A stretch of DNA of 64,000 nucleotides from Schizochytrium sp. TIO01 (taxonomy: Eukaryota; Protista; Bigyra: Labyrinthulomycetes), in NCBI GenBank assembly GCA_004764695.1, contig SMSO01000037.1, forward strand, positions 1,278,747-1,342,746, in the 5' to 3' direction. Shown here one piece after another: positions 23,366 to 35,040 of this stretch. Every line of letters begins with the position of its first letter. Positions within the stretch are counted from its first letter, which is position 1. Made by a program: the position numbers and the translations under genes. The notes beneath the pieces were generated by a model. The model worked only from the letters and a program-made list of their open reading frames with translations. It ran no database searches and was not told the DNA's origin.

Positions 23366-26300
23366 CTAGATTCTCTTCATCGCTCCAATATCACGGAGGC
23401 CCTGTGAAATTCCAGAATTTCCTAATGCTTGTAAAGTATCATTCATATCTGAAGCAAGGGTTTCAAGCTCCTCACGCAATGCAAAATTATCAGAGATCGT
23501 AAGTCCAGACGCACTCAAATCTAATGAGTGGCTTGAAAGATTCTGTACTAGCTGCTCACTGTCTCTTTCTCCAAGATCGCGAAGCTGCAACTGTTGGCAG
23601 TGATGATGCTGGTTATGCAAGTGACGTCCTCGACGACGTTCAGCGAGAAGCCTCTCCTCCAATCGTGTCGCACGTTCGGACTCACGCGTGACAGCATTAA
23701 GAAGTGCTGCGCAGCGCTTGGCATCCCGCTCAGCTACAGTGCGCCAAGATATGACTTCTTCGTATAGCTCCTCCTCCCTCTGGGTCACTGAGCTTTGTTG
23801 ACTACGTGCCGCCGTCCCTTCAAGATCAAAAGAGCGCCTTTGTTCTTCTAACTCCTTAATCCTTGCATGTGCAGTTTCCAAGGCCGACTTCAATAGCTCA
23901 GTTTGGAATGACGTCTCGGCCTCCTGAGCCTTGAGGTTTGCAACTTGAGCATGAGATGCTTCAAGTACGGCCCTCGTTGTTTCAAGCTCATGCAGTGTTC
24001 CATCTGGGTATGGGTCATCTCGGAGTAGTAGACGATCATATTCACTAACAATTGCGTCATTGACTTCGACAGGGACGGTTTTCTGTTCAGTTTGCTGACC
24101 CTGTTCACGGCGCAAAGGAGGGGGTGGTGGGAGAATATCAGAGTCGCAAGCATGAGCTCGTAGGCGTTTCAGTTCTGCAGCCTGCTCCGCCACAACTTCC
24201 TCAAGCTGGTTTTTCTCATTATCAATTCGTTGCAGGTGAACCATTTGCTCAAGATTGAGCCGCTCACGCTCCTCCATGATTTCATCTTGTACCTTTGCTA
24301 AAAAGCACGCAAGCTCTTCTCTGTGAAGCAACCGCATACGTACAAGTTCTTCCTGCAGTTCTGTTCCTGTGGAATCATCAGTCTGGCAAGATTGGTCATG
24401 GCCCGATGATAAGTCCTCTGTTTGTGTTGAGGTTTGAATTTTTTTCTCGCAAGAGGCTTGTTCAGTCTGGATATGAGCATCGCTAAAATTCTTCGACTGT
24501 GCACTTCCACAGCATGTAGCATCCTCATTCGTCTGTGCTGAGGTCGAGAACATGGTTGGCGAAATTGTTTGGGTGGCCATGTTTGCTGTTGAAGTAGTAG
24601 ACTGTGAATTTTCGAAAGATGAAAGCAATTGTGCCTCGAGCTGCGCTCGCAAATTTGACTCGCGTTCAGTAGCTTCTAGAATTAAGCGTTGAGCCTCATC
24701 TGATTGGCTTTGCAGAGAGGAATTGAGAGACTCCACCTGAACAAGGCGCTCCTGCAGTGTGGTCTTTCCTTCATTCAACTCAGAGATCTCAGCATTTAAT
24801 TGGTGCAAACGCCCACGCAAGATCTCCACAGTTTCAGAAAGCTGTGTGCGATCGGCGCCAAGGGCCTCAAAATTGTTTCTTAACTCATCGAGTTCTTCAC
24901 TAAGAACCGCGTTTTTAGCACGAAAATCTTCCAGGTCCTTTTCCAGCTTGTCCGATAGATCAGCAGCATTGGCCGCTCCAATCTTCGTTTCTTTCAAAAG
25001 AGCTTGATCTTGTTGCCGCGCGTGACGAAGTTCCTCGAGCTGAGTAATCTGCACCTCCCTAACCTCATTTATGCGTTGTTCGTGAATCAATTTCAATTCG
25101 CCTGTGCGTTGCTCAAGTTCACGTGCATGGGCATTAGACATTGCAGTAAGTGAGTGTTCTGAACGATCGAGATTCTCTTTAGTTTCTGCCAATCTGATTC
25201 TAAGGTCTGCTAGCTCTTTGGACTGAGCCTCGTTTTGGCTTGCGTGGGCCCTACTACGTTCATCGAGATCGTCTTTCAATTTCTCCATACGCTTCAGAAG
25301 CTCTTGGCGGTCACTCTCATGATTTTCGCGCAAACGACGTAATTCATCAGATGATTTCGTCTCAATTTGCTGAGAGTATTTGGCAAGTTTTTCCTTTTCT
25401 TTTGTAAGGCTTTGCATATCAGACCTATATTTTGACTCCAATGATGCCCACGAAGCCTGTGATTTTTGCTTTGATACTCTGGCAAGCTCGACTTTATCTT
25501 CCAAATCCTCACAGTGAGCTCGCAGACGCACTAATTCTTGTTCACGCGCCTGTGCAAGTTCATCCCTACCTGCAACCGAAGTCTCAAGATCTTGCTGGGC
25601 CTTGAGAAGATTGGTTCGTGCTCGAGAAAGATCTTTCTCGAGTTGTTCAGTATGCTCAATTAATGACTGCTTTTCAAGTTGCAGCTCCTTTTCTTGCTCG
25701 GTGAGAGCGTGTACCTGGCGTCGAAGCTGGTCACACTCTTGCACGAGGGAATAAGCTCGTTCATCTGTATCAGCGATTAAGTTGTCCTTTGCATTAGTAA
25801 GCTCCGCTATCGTACTTTCAAGAGCACTTCGTTCGGATTCCCAAGACGCTTCTGCCTCAGCTTGTTCTTTCTCTGCACTTTGCAAACGTTTTTCTAGATT
25901 TGATATCCTTTTCTCCGCGCCTTGTAGATCAACTACCAGTTGGGATGATTTTTCTTGAAGTACTTCCTTTTCACGCGCTGAGTCAGATGCGCGACTGAGA
26001 ATTTGAGACTCTAGTGATGAACTTTTTGTTCGCTCCTCCTTGATGACCTCACGCAAGCGATCCCTCTCGGATCGAAGTTCCCCAAGCTCACGACGCAAGC
26101 TTCCTGCATCACTGGATGATTTTTGTGCTTCTTCCAAGAGGTCGCGCAGGCGGTTCAGCTGATTCTTCATGCGGTTTTCATTAGCTGTTACTTGGTTTTG
26201 AGAATCCTCTTGCGCATCTTGCAATGATTTCAAACGAGCCCCGAGTTTCGAGACTTGGACTTCTGCATCGTTAGAACGAATTTGTTCTTCCTCCAATTGA

Positions 26301-29300
26301 TGTCTCAAAGCCTGGGTATTTTTGTAGGTTTGCTCCTTGGCTTCGTTCAATTCCGCAATTCGATCCTTCAAAGCAGTTTGAGAATCCTCTAAAACCTTGT
26401 TTTCTCGTTCAAGTTTTCCCACCTTCCACTCAAGCTCTTCGACTTTATGAGTATGGTCCGCAGAAGTTTCGCTCGTTTGACCAACTATTATTTCATTCAT
26501 GCGCGCAACCTCAGCTTCGAGACGGACGACATTAAGTTTGGCATCTGCGCGAGTTCCTTCCATTGCATCTTCAAGTTCAGCATAGCGAGTGCGTAACTGT
26601 GATATAACGCCCTGCTGACTCTGAACACGCTTATCGGCAACCTGGAGCTCCTCTTTTTGAGACATCAGGGTTGCCTTTGCCATAGCGAGCTCACGACGTA
26701 GCCCAGCTTCAGAATCCGCGCTCTCTGATAACTTCTGACGAAGGTTGTCTAGTTCCGCATGCCGGTCCTTGGTTAATGTTTCAAAGGTATCTTGTTGAGA
26801 TGACACACGATTGTTGGCATGATTGAGAGCTGCTTGCATCATCTCAAGCCGACGTTTATAGCGCATAGATTGTTCTTCAGCACGACGCTTCGCAGATAGG
26901 AGTGAAGACTCCAACTCAGATGAGAATGTTTCGAAGATAGCAAGAGATTGCTCCCGGCAATGATTTTGCTGCATTTGGAGTCGGCTAATCATGCGTTGCA
27001 GCTCGGTAGCACGTTCATCTTGGCGACGAGATGCGTGCAGGGACTCCTTCTCCGCACGAGCAAAAGCTTGCCGAGCTTCAGACAAATCCTTTTCCAGAAT
27101 TTCGATTTGCTCATCTCGGGCACGCAGCTTTGCTTCTGCGTTTTCAGCCGCCCGAGTGGCAGCTTCTTCTATCTGATCTTTTAGCCTTTTCACGTGAGCA
27201 GTTCCAGCGGTGGCGCTCTCTACATCAGCTTGCAATTGTTCCTTCTCGCTCTGCAATTGAGTAATGTCATTTTCAAGACTGTAAGCTTCGCTGAACTTAT
27301 CTGCAAGGATAGTTTTTGTTTCTTGGAGCTCTGCTTGAACCCTTTCGAGCGACTCTGTAAGACGTTTTGCCGTATCATTCAGTTGGGCCTCTTTGGTACG
27401 CTGGGCCGCAAGGGACCCTTCGCGAGACTCGAGTTCTTGTTCCAAGTCAGCGACCTTTCTTCGAAGAGCAGAGCAAGACTTACGTTGTTCATTAAGGTCA
27501 GATTGAATCCTCTGAGCAACAGTTTGTTGCTCTGACTGGGCTCGCTGAAGACCAGAGCGGAGGCCTTCGGCTTCATCAAGTTTGACTCGAAAATTCTCTG
27601 CTGCGTCTTCTGCGGTTTGAGCCCGCGTCTCAGCAGCCTTCGTTCGGATCAAGATTTCCGAGCGCTCTACTTCCAATGTTGCAATTTTATCCTTTGTGTT
27701 TTGAAGATCATCACGTATGCCATGAAGATTGGAAATCTCTAGGCGAGCCTCGCGAAGGCTTTCCGAAATTGATTGCATCTCAGTAACAGCCTTTTGAGCC
27801 TTGTTTAAAGACGCTTCAGAATCGTTTTTGGCACGAAGGGCTTCATTGAGGCGTGTTGTGAGCTCGCTTATGCGAGTCCGCTCCGCTGCGAGTTCAGATC
27901 GAGACTCTAGTAGCTCGGCCGCAAGATTATCTCTATCTTCGGAAGAATGACTCAGCGCTTGGCGGTAAGAATCCTTTAGATCACTTAACTCTTGTTCTTT
28001 GCTGTTAAGCACCGTACGAAGCTTGCTGAGATCGGCTTCTCTTTGTGACACCAGCTTGTTCACCTTTGTTAGCTCGGTTTCAAAGTCTTGCTCAACTCTT
28101 GCTAAAACAGATTGAAACTTCTCACTGGCTTCTCCGGTAGCTTTTGATCTCATTTGATCGAGCTCACCATCTCGTTTTGCGAGTTGCTCAGATAGCGCGT
28201 GAATTTGCTCTCGAAGGATCTCGCAGGTTTCGTCTTGCTGCTGAATATGCGCTTGCGACGTTTCGAGTTGCCGCTGTAGTTTTTTAACAGAATCTTGCGC
28301 AGAGGTTTCATTCTTCATTTCTTCTTCTTGGGCTGCGTCCTTAGCATGTTTCAATTCTCGATATCTGGTCTCCAGTTCTGCGATTTGTGCAGCCTGAAGA
28401 TGACGCAGCTCTTCCATCTCCATCCGTGCCTGCGCACTGTCTGTTTTAGAGCGAGCAGCGCGGGACTCAACATCATGCAATTGCTGAAGTAAGGCCTCAT
28501 TCTCTTTCCGAGAATTTTCGCGTTCAGAATGAGCTTCTTTCAATTTATCCTTCGAATCCTTGATTAAGTGCTCCAACCGGTCGATTTCCCTGTGTGAGGA
28601 TTCAACCTTAGATTTCTCAGCGCTCAAGCTTTTATCAGCTTTGCTAAGCTGAAGCCCGAGTTGTTCAACTGTAGCCCGAAGTTGTCTCGCGTCACGTTGC
28701 CACAGTTCAAGTTCTTCGGATGATGACGCCCTTTCTTTATCTTGGACGGACATTCGCTTCTGCTCATTGATTTTATTTTTCTGTACAATTTGAGACAGGT
28801 TCTCAATTTCCTGGTCCTTTGCCGCAAGGTTCTCTTGTAAACGTACAACCTGGGATCGCAACGACTCTTCGCGAGCAAGCGCCGATTTAAATTTCTCGTC
28901 ATACTTGGAGTCAAGAGAGCTCGCTAGCTCCTGCATCTGTCCATAATGAATGTTTTTCTGCTCCTCTAGACGAAGTGCAATATCATTTGCGTGACTCTCT
29001 TTCAAGGCTATGATAGATTCCTGCTGCTTCTGTAACTGTTTTTCCTGCAGGGCAAAATCCTGCCGTGCTTTCTCGAGTGCTTTGTGCTCCTCTACGAGTC
29101 TTTTCTCAGAGGCCTCTAATGCATCCTCCATCACCTTGACCTTGTGCTCAAAGAACTGCTTCGCTGCAACAGCAGTGCGCAAATTCGATGTTGCTTGCAC
29201 CAGGCGTTCCCTATCGGTATCGTTTGTTTTCTGAGAGCCTACTGAGGCATCGTCTTCTGCAAGGAACCCATCCTTGCGTTCTTCATCGACAAGCCTTCTG

Positions 29301-30487
29301 TGCTCGGGATACCGCGACATTTTAGGGTCTTTGGATGATGCTGCTCCATGGAGGCCGGGTTCCCCTTCAAGCTGCTGTATAAGTTCACGTTGCATCTCAT
29401 TTTGCTGTACAAGGCGAAAGTTCTCCGCTTTCGTGTCGTGGAGGTTGCTTGCCACTCTGCTTGCTTCAGACATACGCCGTTGCAGTTTACAAGCAAGATT
29501 TTCCAGTAGCTGGCTGATGTCTTCGACACGAGCTCGTTTGACGGCGTCATCCTGACGGGAGTCTAGTCCATTATCGAATCCTCCAGGTTGCACTACTTCA
29601 GACTGTGCTGTTAATGGCAATTGAAGCAAGCTTGCAAGCTCGTCTTTGGAGTCCATGGCCTGCGCGAGATCTTGCAAGCTTTGCCAAATGGATTTCAAAC
29701 TAGAAAGGCCTGAAGAACGTCGCTTACGTCTCGATGTGTTTCCATCAGTTGATTTACTTCGTAGCTTGCGCGTGCCCACTGCTTTGGGACGAAGCCACGC
29801 AAGTTCAATTTTTCGTCCGCGGAGATCTTTCAGAATATCAAACACTACGGCGGATGCGAGGTCTTTCACATTTCGCCCATCCACCTCCAATAGAACAGAG
29901 TTTTCAGGAATCAGCACGGCATCCAAGCGCACGGAGTGACTAAGCCGAACCCCTACCGGTTGTCTTCGGTTTTCATCTGCAGGATACGCAGGAACTAGCT
30001 TTGCATCATAGGGTAGAATGGTTTGCACAGAGATTCGCCGATGGGATTGCTGATCACGTTTCTGCAATGGGGTATCTTGTGGGTCTGGAAGAATTAACGA
30101 TGACGTTCGTTTTTCACGAACTTGTAGAGGGGGCGGGAATCCTCGGCGTCTACCCCCGATGCTACGAATATTAGCTGGTCCATATCCAGGCTCACTATCC
30201 TCATCTTCCTCATTTTGATAGAACATATTTTCGCCCTGGTCATTTTGCTGATTGTATGATTGCAAAGTGAAAGCATCATCTGGAAGCTTATCCACAATTG
30301 ACATTGTTCGCGAGTCAATCATGCTTAGAGAGAACTCTGACTCATTGTCATCATTATTACAGCTTCTAAGCGATATGTCTTGTGAAGCAGCTTTTGCACG
30401 AGCTTGAAAGTTATTTGCAACTTTCGAATTTACCTCGTCCTCAACTGTCCCTCGCGCCTCCCGGAATGGAGACCATAGATTCTCCAT
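23366..30487 (-). CDS. Giant coiled-coil protein (~2370 aa) with an N-terminal degenerate PDZ-like domain and C-terminal TQT-type motifs; probable cytoskeletal, centrosomal or golgin-like scaffold
   Basis: Single uninterrupted ORF, E/K/Q/R/L-rich heptad pattern over more than 1600 aa. The segment SVLLEVDGRNVKDLASAVVFDILKDLRGRKIELAWLRP resembles a PDZ C-terminal half. First ATG is at 30487. Confidence 0.85.
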   Translation of the reverse strand: MENLWSPFREARGTVEDEVNSKVANNFQARAKAASQDISLRSCNNDDNESEFSLSMIDSRTMSIVDKLPDDAFTLQSYNQQNDQGENMFYQNEEDEDSEPGYGPANIRSIGGRRRGFPPPLQVREKRTSSLILPDPQDTPLQKRDQQSHRRISVQTILPYDAKLVPAYPADENRRQPVGVRLSHSVRLDAVLIPENSVLLEVDGRNVKDLASAVVFDILKDLRGRKIELAWLRPKAVGTRKLRSKSTDGNTSRRKRRSSGLSSLKSIWQSLQDLAQAMDSKDELASLLQLPLTAQSEVVQPGGFDNGLDSRQDDAVKRARVEDISQLLENLACKLQRRMSEASRVASNLHDTKAENFRLVQQNEMQRELIQQLEGEPGLHGAASSKDPKMSRYPEHRRLVDEERKDGFLAEDDASVGSQKTNDTDRERLVQATSNLRTAVAAKQFFEHKVKVMEDALEASEKRLVEEHKALEKARQDFALQEKQLQKQQESIIALKESHANDIALRLEEQKNIHYGQMQELASSLDSKYDEKFKSALAREESLRSQVVRLQENLAAKDQEIENLSQIVQKNKINEQKRMSVQDKERASSSEELELWQRDARQLRATVEQLGLQLSKADKSLSAEKSKVESSHREIDRLEHLIKDSKDKLKEAHSERENSRKENEALLQQLHDVESRAARSKTDSAQARMEMEELRHLQAAQIAELETRYRELKHAKDAAQEEEMKNETSAQDSVKKLQRQLETSQAHIQQQDETCEILREQIHALSEQLAKRDGELDQMRSKATGEASEKFQSVLARVEQDFETELTKVNKLVSQREADLSKLRTVLNSKEQELSDLKDSYRQALSHSSEDRDNLAAELLESRSELAAERTRISELTTRLNEALRAKNDSEASLNKAQKAVTEMQSISESLREARLEISNLHGIRDDLQNTKDKIATLEVERSEILIRTKAAETRAQTAEDAAENFRVKLDEAEGLRSGLQRAQSEQQTVAQRIQSDLNEQRKSCSALRRKVADLEQELESREGSLAAQRTKEAQLNDTAKRLTESLERVQAELQETKTILADKFSEAYSLENDITQLQSEKEQLQADVESATAGTAHVKRLKDQIEEAATRAAENAEAKLRARDEQIEILEKDLSEARQAFARAEKESLHASRRQDERATELQRMISRLQMQQNHCREQSLAIFETFSSELESSLLSAKRRAEEQSMRYKRRLEMMQAALNHANNRVSSQQDTFETLTKDRHAELDNLRQKLSESADSEAGLRRELAMAKATLMSQKEELQVADKRVQSQQGVISQLRTRYAELEDAMEGTRADAKLNVVRLEAEVARMNEIIVGQTSETSADHTHKVEELEWKVGKLERENKVLEDSQTALKDRIAELNEAKEQTYKNTQALRHQLEEEQIRSNDAEVQVSKLGARLKSLQDAQEDSQNQVTANENRMKNQLNRLRDLLEEAQKSSSDAGSLRRELGELRSERDRLREVIKEERTKSSSLESQILSRASDSAREKEVLQEKSSQLVVDLQGAEKRISNLEKRLQSAEKEQAEAEASWESERSALESTIAELTNAKDNLIADTDERAYSLVQECDQLRRQVHALTEQEKELQLEKQSLIEHTEQLEKDLSRARTNLLKAQQDLETSVAGRDELAQAREQELVRLRAHCEDLEDKVELARVSKQKSQASWASLESKYRSDMQSLTKEKEKLAKYSQQIETKSSDELRRLRENHESDRQELLKRMEKLKDDLDERSRAHASQNEAQSKELADLRIRLAETKENLDRSEHSLTAMSNAHARELEQRTGELKLIHEQRINEVREVQITQLEELRHARQQDQALLKETKIGAANAADLSDKLEKDLEDFRAKNAVLSEELDELRNNFEALGADRTQLSETVEILRGRLHQLNAEISELNEGKTTLQERLVQVESLNSSLQSQSDEAQRLILEATERESNLRAQLEAQLLSSFENSQSTTSTANMATQTISPTMFSTSAQTNEDATCCGSAQSKNFSDAHIQTEQASCEKKIQTSTQTEDLSSGHDQSCQTDDSTGTELQEELVRMRLLHREELACFLAKVQDEIMEERERLNLEQMVHLQRIDNEKNQLEEVVAEQAAELKRLRAHACDSDILPPPPPLRREQGQQTEQKTVPVEVNDAIVSEYDRLLLRDDPYPDGTLHELETTRAVLEASHAQVANLKAQEAETSFQTELLKSALETAHARIKELEEQRRSFDLEGTAARSQQSSVTQREEELYEEVISWRTVAERDAKRCAALLNAVTRESERATRLEERLLAERRRGRHLHNQHHHCQQLQLRDLGERDSEQLVQNLSSHSLDLSASGLTISDNFALREELETLASDMNDTLQALGNSGISQGLRDIGAMKRI

Positions 30488-33400
30488 CTTCCCGCTTCGT
30501 GACGTATCTTCCCCAATATTTGCACCAAGCTTGACCTTACTTCGCAAAAAACTCGTCTTCGTTAGACTAGATTATATCGAATTGCAGGTACGTGTGGCAC
30601 ACGTCCGTTTCGGCAAGGTCAAGCCAAGACTCAAATAAACACAACTCAATATACTCCACAGTTACCAAGGCACTACTTGGGGACCTCCTCGCAAGCACGT
30701 TCGCCTCTGCGAGCCTTTCCAAGCACAGGTCTTTCGTTTTAGGATCCCACTTTCTCTTCTTCGCGGTCGTTGGGTATTTCGTGCGATTTTATTTTATCAG
30801 CATGCACGGGACCCCAAACCGATCTGCTCTGGTGCTTCGTCAGAGTCTAATCTTAATGGACCCACAGGCACGGTGTCTGAGGTCCTCCTAGGGGCAGTCC
30901 GAGGCCCTACCTGGCCTCGACCACGCCAACGCTTCCCTCGATGCCCGCCGCACCAGGGTTCACGTCTTGCGGACTGCGCCGCGATCGTAGTTATAATTCG
31001 ATTGCTCTTCCTTTTAAGACAAGCGCTCTCCAATAACGGACGGTATTTTATTCAAGTCAGTAATCGCCAATTACTATAACATCATCACATGTGTCGAAGT
31101 GGGAGGTAAGGAGTCACCTTCAGAAGCCTGAGATGCGGTTGAGCGCGTATTTACTGTTGGTTTGGTGCGCCTAGTACCATCAAACTAGTAGCTTGGTGAG
31201 TATTAAACGAGCGATGCTCGAAACCTTGGGAAACTATATTTGTCAGATCTAGCGAATCCAAGTTGCAATTTTCATGATGACATACATTTTGAGCGCAGTT
31301 CATCTGGCTTAACATATACCGGCCGCAAAGCGAGGCTAAAGATGAAAGGTTTACTATAATAAAGATAAATAGGGAACCATTAAAAGTAACCTCACAGCGC
31401 ACGATCGTTGAAATCGCTTGTTTTGATCAATGTTAGACACCGCTATTCTTCTTAGCATAGTTGAGGGACTTCATAATTAACTATGACCATTTTCGACTTG
31501 GTATGTCGCATAATTCAACTCTTCGAACACAATTCATACAAGCAAAATCCCCAACAGCTATAGTCTACCTCAGGGACTGCATCTTCTCATCATGGGTACC
31601 TTGCCACCCTCTATGGCCTGTCTACCTCAATCAATTCAAGATGTGGCGGTACGTGCATTCGTTAATGCCTCCGGAATTACATGATGTAAAAACCCAAACT
31701 TTTGGACGCCTCCTCTCCTTCAAGCATATTCATTTCCCCAGACCCAAGCGAGCAATCGCAACAAACCGCGAGCACAGCCCTTTCATATTGCACTTCTGCG
31801 TGGTTTTGTCAGAATTGTTCCGTTTCTACAAGCTTCGGGCCACTGTAACATCATGCGATTACAAGCATGCCGGCATTGCACTGCGTGGCATGTAACAGCT
31901 CCTCACAGCCGGTTTCCATCCGGGCTTTTGTGAGATGGTGTCCTTATGCCCTGCCGTTTTGTGAAGCTAGATTGTGTTCGCATGGCAGTGTTCTGTCTGT
32001 CCACGGCTTTAGTAGTTGCCAACGCTTGAGCCGGTGGTGCAAAACTCTGCTGAGGAGTGGGACAATATTGCTTTCTCCTCCCTCCTTAAAACCGAAACCT
32101 GCTCATTCCTTGCTTGCAATTTCGCTCGAGGACCTGACCACTCGCAGAGCTCAGCTCCGCCGCACTTCCATGGGCAGGTTCTGCTCTGAGCTGTCACTTG
32201 GAGCGAGATCTTCAAGTCTCGTTAGCTTTCATGTGCCTCTCATCGTGGACGGAGCACATGTATACTTCGATTGGCACGGGCAAAACATGCGTGAAACTAA
32301 CATATACAAGTTTCTACATCGATATATATATAATAACATATATATATAGAAACCAGTAGCGAACTTGTGACACTTTCCATGCAATGTGACGCCTTTAAGT
32401 TCTTTACTTTTTTACCTTTGAAATAAAAAATGTTCGTTTATCTCCCACTAATCAGAAGCATAAGACTAGTTACCCATAAAAACTTTAAAGTAAAAAAGAG
32501 AGAGAAAAGAGAAAAGTACTCAAGCTGATAAAATATAATTTTGTAAAAGTAAAGTTAAAAACATTTACGGAAGTGCTGAAAAAAGACTTTAATTACTTTA
32601 CTTTACTTTACTTGTCTTTTATGTAATATGATAATATTATTATGTATACATTAATTTATTATTTTAAAAATAAAAATAAAAAATTGACATGCGGCAACAA
32701 CAAAAAACTTCAGTTCGTAACAATATTTGTCGAACCGCAAAGCTCGGCTTCGATCTCCGCCTCGACAGGTAGAAGTAGGTATGTATGTTGTTCCCTCGCA
32801 CCATCAGCCGCATCGCGCCAAATCAACTCTTTCGTGAAGCTCCGCCCCCCCAGGTTTCACCACCCTCGCCTTCGTGCTCAGATGTCTGTCTTTGCAGTTG
32901 TTGTATGCACCAAAGATGGCGATGCACGAGTAGTTTCGACCTACTCGCAGTAGACGCGCATCTCGCGACTCAGCCTCCTCGCTCGCAAGGACACCGCTGC
33001 TGTCGCCGTGGATGGCACCAGTCGTGGAGTCGCCTCGAAAGAAAGAGTTCGCGAGTCTTCGCTTCAGGCGGCTCGCGGCTTCGATGGAGGAAGCGCAGAA
33101 CTCCATCTGCGAGAGGGTCAATAGTAACGCTCATGCAACAACAACTCCTCCTCAGGAGGACCCACAAGGGCTGAGCTGCTCTGAGCTGCCGTGCCTCGCG
33201 GTCTCGCAACACTCAAAACCACCCGAAGAAGAGGTCCCCTTGAAGGCGCGCTCTGTGTGAAAGCCGCAGCAGTGGCAGGTCGAGACTCGAGCGCAGCAGA
33301 TCTCGAGGTTGGCGAAGTCTGAGGATCAGTCGCTACGCACGAGGGGCTTCAGGAAAGCGGCACTTTTATGCATGCTCCCTGAACATGACATGACAGCTCT

Positions 33401-34614
33401 TGGCAGAAGCGGCGGCGGCGATGCCAAAGGCCCTCTCTCGGCGTCGACGAAGAGTTGATTGCCTGGCAGCCTTTGGAGTTCGCGAGGCCCTTTTCGTGCG
33501 TCTTTGCGAGGGAGTGCGTAGCGAATCTTTGGCCATCATAATTGTGGTGTCTCTTCACTGTTTATCAATCATCCCATCCATTTATTCACATGACTCCCTG
33601 ACCTCTTTATTTCTATCTTGTCCTCCTCTGAAGGATATCTATCTATCCATCTATCCGCGGGTGCTCTCTGGTTTAAAAGCTGCCCGTTTGTGCTCGAGCT
33701 ACCAACCACGCACGTGAGGGCTCTCTCCAATCCCTGTGATCGCAGAGGTCCATCGGCAAACTTGGACTCAACTTCAACTTGTGCTGTCTTCAGCGCAAGC
33801 TTTGCCTTGCGCAGTACTTAGTAAGTAAGTTAGTTATTTCGATGTGGTACACACTCTGATGATTCATTCAATTGCTCAACAGTCTTTTCTCCACTTCACT
33901 TCACTTCATTTCATGTCTTCTTTCATTTCGTTTTCGCTTTAACTTTACAATGAACAAATAAAAATAAACACATAACTAATCATAATTATAATCATAATTA
34001 TAATTACAACCAAAATTACTTGAATGCTGTAGATTTTTTGTTTTAAATATTTGTTTTTAGAGTTTACAATAAATCTATCCTTAAAGCAGAAATACTGCCA
34101 ATACTAATGGGGATTAGCAGCTTTTTAAAAAAAAAAATAATTAAAAACTAAATAGATGGGTAATTGGAAGAGAAATCAGCTTTTCGTTCTCCTCCTCGCG
34201 AAAGCATTTATCTCGACGCTTGACTGCACCTGGCTATCACGGTGTTCTCAAAATGGAGCTGATAATGTCCTCCTGCAGAAGACAGCCAAGTACCTACCTA
34301 CCCAGGTGCTTGGGTAGGTTTGTTCACAGTTATTATTTCGCGATTTGGTTCGTTTAACTTAAGAAGTTACATAGCCTTGAAAAGAATATGGCATACAAGC
34401 ACCCCAAATCGAGCGCAAGGAATTAATTGTAATTCTCAGAGGCGGGCAGCGAGTGACTGAAGAGGAGGTGGGTTCCGACAAACACCAGCTACAAAAGCAG
34501 CCGCCTGCCCATTTGTGGCGTACATCCATCGGCTGGCGGCAATGACAGTGCTGGTACGCATTTGCGGAGTTCATGGAAACAGCTTCTGTTTGGATTAACA
34601 ATCACATTTTGTTT

Positions 34615-34867
<253 letters not shown>

Positions 34868-35040
34868 AAATATTTTATGGGTAGGTAGGCAATTAATTAA
34901 TTAATTAATTATTGGCATTCTTCCTTTTGAAGTGCTAGTGGAAGGGTAGGTAGTGGTAGCGGTGCTGAACAAAAATGAGGTTAGGCATTCCCTTTCTCGT
35001 TTCCAATTCCCGTTTGGCGCAACTCGTGCGGGAATGCGCG

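Noticed and set aside
30592-33821. Numerous 60-160 aa ORFs between the coiled-coil and multi-C2 genes
   Set aside because: They overlap in several frames, lack motifs and have non-protein-like composition; most likely divergent promoter/UTR sequence.
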